IMG/VR virus record: IMGVR_UViG_3300045596_000160
Location: 1-36,800 of that record
DNA length: 36,800 bases
Direction: 5' to 3' (one strand)
Source of the DNA: a virus
The translations under genes and the position numbers were made by a program. Shown here in pieces: positions 32,265 through 36,800 of this stretch (positions within the stretch are counted from its first letter, which is position 1; the number at the start of each line of letters is the position of its first letter). A model generated the notes under the pieces. That model ran no database searches, was not told where the DNA came from, and saw only the letters and a program-made list of their open reading frames with translations.

Positions 32265-32452
32265 GGCATCACCTGCACCGTCAGCACCTTGTCGTGGGGG
32301 ATGATAACGACGCCCGCCACCTCGGCAGGGCCGATAACAACACCGGAGAGCTTGAGCTTTCCGGGAAGCGCGAATCTCGTCTTGCCGTTTATTGCCGAGC
32401 CGTCTGTAAGCGAGACTGTGACATCCCGCCCCGGCCTGATCCAAAGTTTCAT
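32261..32452 (-). CDS. Hypothetical 63-aa protein between TerL and the portal gene
   Basis: Strong AGGAGG SD 6 nt before the ATG. Tightly coupled to the portal start. Confidence 0.6.
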   Translation of the reverse strand: MKLWIRPGRDVTVSLTDGSAINGKTRFALPGKLKLSGVVIGPAEVAGVVIIPHDKVLTVQVMP

Positions 32453-32460
32453 ATGACCTC

Positions 32461-34002
32461 CTAGGCCATGAGAAGCCCGTGCCCGTCGTCGTAGGCAGAC
32501 GATGGGGTCTCATCAACATGCGTCTCGAGGCCGTAGAGCGCCACGGTCTCGGCGACAAGTCCAGATATGTCAGCAATGGATCGGTGGCGATCCCAGGCGA
32601 CGTTTTCGGCGACGGTCTTCACGACGCCGGCAGACACAGCCTCATCTGCCGCCGGCTGGGCGACGTGTATGAGCGAGCGGTCCCTCACACGGTCGCGAAA
32701 GCGTCCCGTAGCGATGCCGATATGGCTGCCGTCCACCTCTATAACGTCCAACCCGCGATCTTCCAGGGGACCTATGAACTCCATCGACGCGCAGCCTTTT
32801 GACTGTAGGGCCACTTCACGGCTTCCGCTTGCCCCAGCGATCTCTTTGAGGAAGTCCGGCACCCACAACATCCCCGGCCTGCGCTCTCGCACCTCAACGA
32901 ACGCACGGCCTGACGCATCTGTTGTGGCTGCCGCGACGCAGCTCACTGAGCGGTCGTAGGACACATCGATACCCCAGACCGTGCGCTGGCCGTGCGGGAT
33001 CTCCACGGCAAAAGGTGACACCTCGCAGGCGCGCCAGTCTGCCGGGTTGATGTAGCTGTCTACCTTAGCGGTCACCCACTGGCATAAGACCTCGGTGCGA
33101 TACCCCGCCTCCTGCATCGTCTTAGAGTCTGATATGCAGTCGGCGACGGTTATACCGCCGTAGCCGATGGAGGGGTTGGCCTGGAGGATCGCCCCCACAT
33201 CGTCAAGGGCACACCCGTCAGGTGCGCTCCACTCGAAAAGGCCGAGGGACCGGTCGAACTTCTTCCCTTCTTGTTGGGCCTTGACCTGCTCGATGCCGAT
33301 CTCACGTTCCTTCTTTAACACTACCGAGCGGGCGTCCCCGGCGTTCGAGATGGCCCACATCTGACCTGACCAGAAGCTCTTGGTAGTCTGTGATACGGCA
33401 TTCCACACCTTCCAGTCATGCTGCTCGCGAATCTCGTCGAGGATAACGCGGGCGGCGGGCTTACCCCTTGCGTCTGCCCTGATCTCGTAGTGTGAGCGGT
33501 TGTCCTCATATATCGCCTCCTGGCCATGGGCGTCTACCACCTTGAGGGCATGCGATCTCAGCGACGGTATCGCAAGGGATGCGTCGGCGTCGTTTGCCGG
33601 GTTGGGGTTGCACCACAGCTTCACCTGCTCCCAGGGCTCCCTCGCGATATCGAGGTTCTGGGCGATGCCGACGACCTTGAACTTGAAGGCCGGCACCTTG
33701 TCAGGATGCCGGCGCGAGTCAATCGCGAGCCACCATGCGGCGAGTACGCCCATGAGCGTCGTCTTGCCGTTTTGGCGGGCGACGAGCACGATGATGCGCC
33801 GGAAGCGGTATCTGCCGTCCGGTAGAAGCTCGAGGGCATGGATGAGGAGCCAACGCTGCCACGGGAAGAGCGACAGGCCGAGGACAACGGTCGCGAAGTC
33901 GATAACCTCAAAGCCAAGCGAGGTCTCGGGTGTGAGCTTTCTGAGTGGCTTTGAGAAGATGCGAGGCTCCGTTGACCCGTGCGCGGCCTCACCGGATGCC
34001 AT
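32461..34002 (-). CDS. terL: Terminase large subunit
   Basis: 513 aa. Walker A-like VLVARQNGKTTLMG, with a nuclease-type C-terminal half. Follows TerS. Confidence 0.9.
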   Translation of the reverse strand: MASGEAAHGSTEPRIFSKPLRKLTPETSLGFEVIDFATVVLGLSLFPWQRWLLIHALELLPDGRYRFRRIIVLVARQNGKTTLMGVLAAWWLAIDSRRHPDKVPAFKFKVVGIAQNLDIAREPWEQVKLWCNPNPANDADASLAIPSLRSHALKVVDAHGQEAIYEDNRSHYEIRADARGKPAARVILDEIREQHDWKVWNAVSQTTKSFWSGQMWAISNAGDARSVVLKKEREIGIEQVKAQQEGKKFDRSLGLFEWSAPDGCALDDVGAILQANPSIGYGGITVADCISDSKTMQEAGYRTEVLCQWVTAKVDSYINPADWRACEVSPFAVEIPHGQRTVWGIDVSYDRSVSCVAAATTDASGRAFVEVRERRPGMLWVPDFLKEIAGASGSREVALQSKGCASMEFIGPLEDRGLDVIEVDGSHIGIATGRFRDRVRDRSLIHVAQPAADEAVSAGVVKTVAENVAWDRHRSIADISGLVAETVALYGLETHVDETPSSAYDDGHGLLMA

Positions 34003-34294
34003 GGTCTGACATGAAGCCGGCTAGTTGGTCAGCCCCCTTCGGCTTAGGCCCTGGCTTCTTTGGCTTAGGCTCAACAGTAAGTCCGAGCGCAGACAGATAG
34101 CGCAGATAGGTAGGCACTGAGACGTTATCAAGCTTGCCTGAATCGTCGGCAAAGCCCGCTTTTGATATCTCGTCGATCCTGTCAGCAAGTACGCGGGCGC
34201 AGGCCACCGTGGCAGCGAGCCTCTTGGGCAGGCGTGCGGACCTGATTGAGTCCTCGAGGGCCTCCCGGCATGTCTTAGTCTCAAATCCCGCCAT
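33989..34294 (-). CDS. terS: Terminase small subunit
   Basis: 101 aa. ..YLRYLSALGLTVEPKPKKPGPKPKG.. is typical of small-terminase C-termini. Overlaps the TerL start. Confidence 0.6.
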   Translation of the reverse strand: MAGFETKTCREALEDSIRSARLPKRLAATVACARVLADRIDEISKAGFADDSGKLDNVSVPTYLRYLSALGLTVEPKPKKPGPKPKGADQLAGFMSDHGIR

Positions 34295-34490
34295 CTTTAC
34301 ACCTCCAAGATCAGAACTATCTCGCGCGCGACCCCCCTGTCGTCTAATTTTCGGGGGGAGCGGACCAAAGGCCGCGCGGGAGGTAGGCCGGCTACCAGCT
34401 ATTTTGAAACCAGAACGCCCCTACCCATGTGAAATTATTTAACTATAACCATGATATGAAGATAAAATAATTATATTTAGATTAATCTAA
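34295..34490. other. Putative cos / packaging-recognition region
   Basis: 196-nt intergenic region between HNH and TerS. It has a GC-rich part with CCCCCC..14 nt..GGGGGG symmetry (about 34333..34365) and then a very AT-rich part (34440..34490). Confidence 0.3.
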
Positions 34491-34808
34491 TCAAAACCAG
34501 TCAGGGACAATGTCACCGAGTGATGCGTTGTGCCTCGTGCCGTCTCCGCGCTTACGGTTGCAGCTGCGGTGGGCGTGTCGCCAGCCTGCCGGATCGTCCT
34601 GCAACTCGGGGAAGCGTGAGACCGGGTAGTAATGGTCGAGCTCATGGCTATCGTCGGTAGTTCCCGGTGGCACTGAGTAGTTGATGCGACCGTGGCAAAG
34701 CCAGCAGTCTGCCGCCGGGTCTCCCTTGGCGTCGAGTATCCTGCCCTCTTCGAAGAAAGCCTTGGCATCAGCCTTGAATCGGCGTGTGCTTGTCCGCTTG
34801 CTAGTCAC
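34491..34808 (-). CDS. HNH endonuclease (terminase-associated)
   Basis: CWLCHGRI...HELDHYYPVS...WRHAHRSCNRKRG. GTG start. Confidence 0.85.
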   Translation of the reverse strand: MTSKRTSTRRFKADAKAFFEEGRILDAKGDPAADCWLCHGRINYSVPPGTTDDSHELDHYYPVSRFPELQDDPAGWRHAHRSCNRKRGDGTRHNASLGDIVPDWF

Positions 34809-35010
34809 ATCTCATCTTCCTAAGCTCGCGCAACGTGCGGCGTTCGCGGGATCTCTTCGGCGTGCTTTTGGCCTTGGATGCGAGCATCTGCTCGATGGTG
34901 ATCACGAGCGGTGTGGGATGCACACTCGTATGCTGCATGTGATGGCCTCCCGGCATGAGAAAGCCCCACATCTCCGAAGAGACGCGGGGCCCGTTGGTTC
35001 TTCCATCCAA
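34801..35010 (-). CDS. Doubtful small ORF upstream of HNH
   Basis: 69-aa track ORF with a basic C-terminus. No SD or motif. Confidence 0.2.
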   Translation of the reverse strand: MDGRTNGPRVSSEMWGFLMPGGHHMQHTSVHPTPLVITIEQMLASKAKSTPKRSRERRTLRELRKMRCD

Positions 35011-35072
35011 ATTAAGACAGCCTAGGTATATCAGTAAAATTCACGATGTTGAAGTATGTTTTGGTATGTTCT

Positions 35073-35525
35073 TTAAGTTCGTGGGGAGAAATACCTTTCG
35101 GTCATCACGTCAAGCCCTACCCGTTTTTCCTGCTTGGTCCATATCTCAGAATACCCCACAACCACAGCCGTCTTCTTGATGCTCATGTCGTCGACGTAGT
35201 AGCACTCAAGGATGCGCCCCCATTTGTGCCGGGGGTTCTCGACGTCGAGCGTGCGACAGTAGTAACGCGCACGGGAGACCTCCTCACCCACGAGCAGCTG
35301 CCGGTCGAGAACATCGGCCATGCCGGAAAGGTCATCTGAGCACCCTGAGCGAGGCATGCCGTCGGGCCACTTGCCGAGCGCCGTGAGGCGCGCCTTGTCA
35401 TCTGCCAGTTGCCTCACGTCTGACTGGACACGCCGCAGAAACGTCTCGGCGGTGTCGAGGCAGCCGCCGCATGACGGTCCGCGGCTGACGAAAATTCCAG
35501 GGTCGTTTGCATCCCATCCGTTCAT
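35073..35525 (-). CDS. Putative late-gene transcriptional activator (RinA/ArpU / sigma-70 region-4-like)
   Basis: 150 aa. The C-terminus (RILECYYVDDMSIKKTAVVVGYSEIWTKQEKRVGLDVM) looks like a region-4 HTH. Its position just upstream of HNH-terminase is typical. Confidence 0.4.
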   Translation of the reverse strand: MNGWDANDPGIFVSRGPSCGGCLDTAETFLRRVQSDVRQLADDKARLTALGKWPDGMPRSGCSDDLSGMADVLDRQLLVGEEVSRARYYCRTLDVENPRHKWGRILECYYVDDMSIKKTAVVVGYSEIWTKQEKRVGLDVMTERYFSPRT

Positions 35526-36418
35526 CTGGCATCAACCCTCCTGCACTCGTCGATATGCGAGAGGGCAAACTCCGTGCATGCTCCTATCACAGCCGAGGCA
35601 GTAGGGCTACCGCCGGCATACGGAGCGACGATATTGGTTGCGTATGCCTCTGGTAATCCAACATGTGTTAAAAATTTCATGGTAAACATGCATGCATCAT
35701 CAGGCGTTAGATCCTTGACTTCATGGTCAAAAGAAAATCTACGGGCAAGCGCTGGGTCTATGATGTCTCGCCTGTTAGTCGTACCAATGACAACCATGTC
35801 GTTTGGGATATCGTCCATCTCCTGCATGATCGCGATTGTGACTCTGCTCATCTCGCCTACGTCGTCTTTCTGCCCCCGTGCAAGCCCCACGGCATCGAGC
35901 TCGTCGAAGCAAAGGACGCAAGGTCTTCCCCTTGCGAAATCAAAGACCTTCTGAATGTTTTTCTGCGTCTTCCCGAGGTACGACTCTACCAGGCCTGAGA
36001 ATCTCACGCGGATGAAGGGGAGTCCAATGAGGTAGGCCGCATATCGTGCTAGCGTTGTCTTCCCCGTACCACTTGCACCGTAGAGGAGCAGCGTCGGAGC
36101 GTATGCGATGCCGAGATCAGAGAGCACCTCAGAGGCTCTTAGGCATCTCATGAGCCTGTCTACTGCGTCTGTGTCGCCTTTCCGCGCCAGAAACAGATCG
36201 CTATTAAACTCCGAGCTGCCTTCAAGCGTAATTAAGCCCTTGAGCTGGTCTGGAACCTCCATGCCATCGTCTTTTGCGAGCTTTTTTAGCTGATAGTCAC
36301 GAAATGAGGCATCCTTTGCCGTAGAGATATGCTCGAGGATAGACTTCGTCTGTACACGTGCTCTGCGGTAGTCCTTAGAGCATACGTAGCTTATGAGATA
36401 CCTTTCGTCTGCGTTCAT
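35522..36418 (-). CDS. Classical-clade AAA+ ATPase
   Basis: Walker A: LLLYGASGTGKTTLA. Walker B: CVLCFDELDAVG. Sensor-1: VIGTTN. SRH/Arg finger: DIIDPALARRFSF. Confidence 0.85.
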   Translation of the reverse strand: MNADERYLISYVCSKDYRRARVQTKSILEHISTAKDASFRDYQLKKLAKDDGMEVPDQLKGLITLEGSSEFNSDLFLARKGDTDAVDRLMRCLRASEVLSDLGIAYAPTLLLYGASGTGKTTLARYAAYLIGLPFIRVRFSGLVESYLGKTQKNIQKVFDFARGRPCVLCFDELDAVGLARGQKDDVGEMSRVTIAIMQEMDDIPNDMVVIGTTNRRDIIDPALARRFSFDHEVKDLTPDDACMFTMKFLTHVGLPEAYATNIVAPYAGGSPTASAVIGACTEFALSHIDECRRVDAR

Positions 36419-36672
36419 CTAGCCTCCTTAAGAAAAAGCACCCAATGGGTGCCTGATGTCTTTGCCTTCTTGTTGCCTATCAGCGGTCTGTGAGGTAGCG
36501 CAAGGGGGAGAATCTCAGAGAGATGCACCTGAACGTCTGACCACTTGAAAACCAGCACGCCTGTTGGTTTGAGCACACGGAAGCATTCGGCAAACCCGTC
36601 TCTCAGTTTGAGCGTGTGCATCTTGATGCCGTAGGCCCCGGTGATCTCTATCGTGGTCATCGCATTGCTCAT
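36415..36672 (-). CDS. 85-aa ORF resembling only the C-terminal half of a small phage SAM-dependent methyltransferase
   Basis: GFAECFRVLKPTGVLVFKWSDVQVHLSEILPL...PLIGNKKAKTSGTHWVLFLK. The N-terminal SAM-binding and DPP-type motifs are absent. Its ATG overlaps the DnaC-like stop (ATGA). Confidence 0.45.
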   Translation of the reverse strand: MSNAMTTIEITGAYGIKMHTLKLRDGFAECFRVLKPTGVLVFKWSDVQVHLSEILPLALPHRPLIGNKKAKTSGTHWVLFLKEAR

Positions 36673-36800
36673 CTGTTCTCATCTCCTTTGATCCTGAGGT
36701 CATTGCCTTTGACCTCAACCGTCTCGCACATCCCGGCGATGCGGGAGGCAAGGCTTTCCGCCATCTCTATATCTGTTTGTTCCTCGATACGTGCGGCAAG
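36669..36800 (-). CDS. 3' end of the DnaC-like gene (same gene as 1..625, seen again because of the terminal overlap)
   Basis: ..MCETVEVKGNDLRIKGDENR-stop. The stop TGA is at 36671..36669. Confidence 0.85.
   Translation of the reverse strand, partial: LAARIEEQTDIEMAESLASRIAGMCETVEVKGNDLRIKGDENR
36674..36800. repeat. Right copy of the exact 127-bp terminal overlap
   Basis: Identical to 1..127. Confidence 0.95.

Noticed and set aside
32265-32576. N-terminal extensions of track ORFs (portal 32265..32576; also holin 15814..15954, 17448..17543, 16130..16150, 27974..28018, 3382..3420 and 6895..6924)
   Set aside because: The extensions overlap upstream genes or terminator and arm-site elements and lack SD sequences. 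Internal starts have good SDs and/or ATGA/TAGTG coupling with the upstream stop.
22668-34009. Long plus-strand ORFs antisense to structural genes (for example 24681..25157, 25182..25688, 27761..28408, 29165..29905, 30481..31173, 32567..32959 and 33500..34009)
   Set aside because: All lie opposite well-supported minus-strand genes in about 60% GC DNA, where stop codons are rare. Their translations are Arg/Ala/Pro/Ser-rich and lack motifs or SD sequences.

Overview
The window is a complete, circularly closed genome of a temperate siphovirus-type phage (HK97-type head module, long non-contractile tail). Bases 1-127 are identical to 36674-36800, so the unique length is 36,673 bp, and a DnaC-like gene reads straight across the junction. 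Nearly everything is transcribed on the minus strand as one early-to-late series. In transcription order: small early genes (4775 down to 3477); tyrosine integrase Int1; a DUF4406/NDT-like protein; a replisome organizer containing phased iterons; the DnaC-like loader; (junction); a truncated methyltransferase-like ORF; a classical AAA+ ATPase; a RinA/ArpU-like regulator; an HNH endonuclease; a putative cos region; TerS; TerL; portal; prohead protease; major capsid; head-tail joining genes; a major tail protein with a Big_2 domain; the G/GT chaperone with a -1 frameshift site; a 1133-aa tape measure; Dit; a Tal-like protein; five fibre/tip proteins; and a lysis cassette ending at a strong terminator near 14.12 kb. 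The backbone is GC-rich (about 60% in 60-nt lines I counted by hand). A mosaic, AT-richer accessory region (about 3.76-14.1 kb, about 35% in a hand-counted line) carries the following. (1) A divergent XRE/XRE switch with near-consensus back-to-back promoters and repeated operators. (2) A textbook attP: a 45-nt 3' fragment of a tRNA-Val(CAC)-like gene plus a terminator, flanked by 3+3 GTGTCAA arm repeats. (3) A second integrase, Int2. (4) Moron-like cargo: a glycine-zipper protein plus a membrane-anchored DEDDh exonuclease; an ORF-free structured stretch of about 0.4 kb; an HTH cassette bracketed by imperfect direct repeats; a membrane-tethered wHTH protein; a start-less GC-rich HTH relic; a 640-nt ORF-poor stretch; and a stand-alone KAP-family P-loop NTPase. 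I saw no rRNA, complete tRNA, CRISPR array, transposase or reverse transcriptase. The best candidates for an undescribed system are in the Int2-to-lysis accessory island (8.1-14.1 kb), especially the Gly-zipper/membrane-exonuclease pair and the solitary KAP NTPase with its adjacent non-coding DNA. Two intact integrases in one 36.7-kb genome is the other unusual feature. All functional calls rest on motif recognition by eye; no database search or computation was possible.
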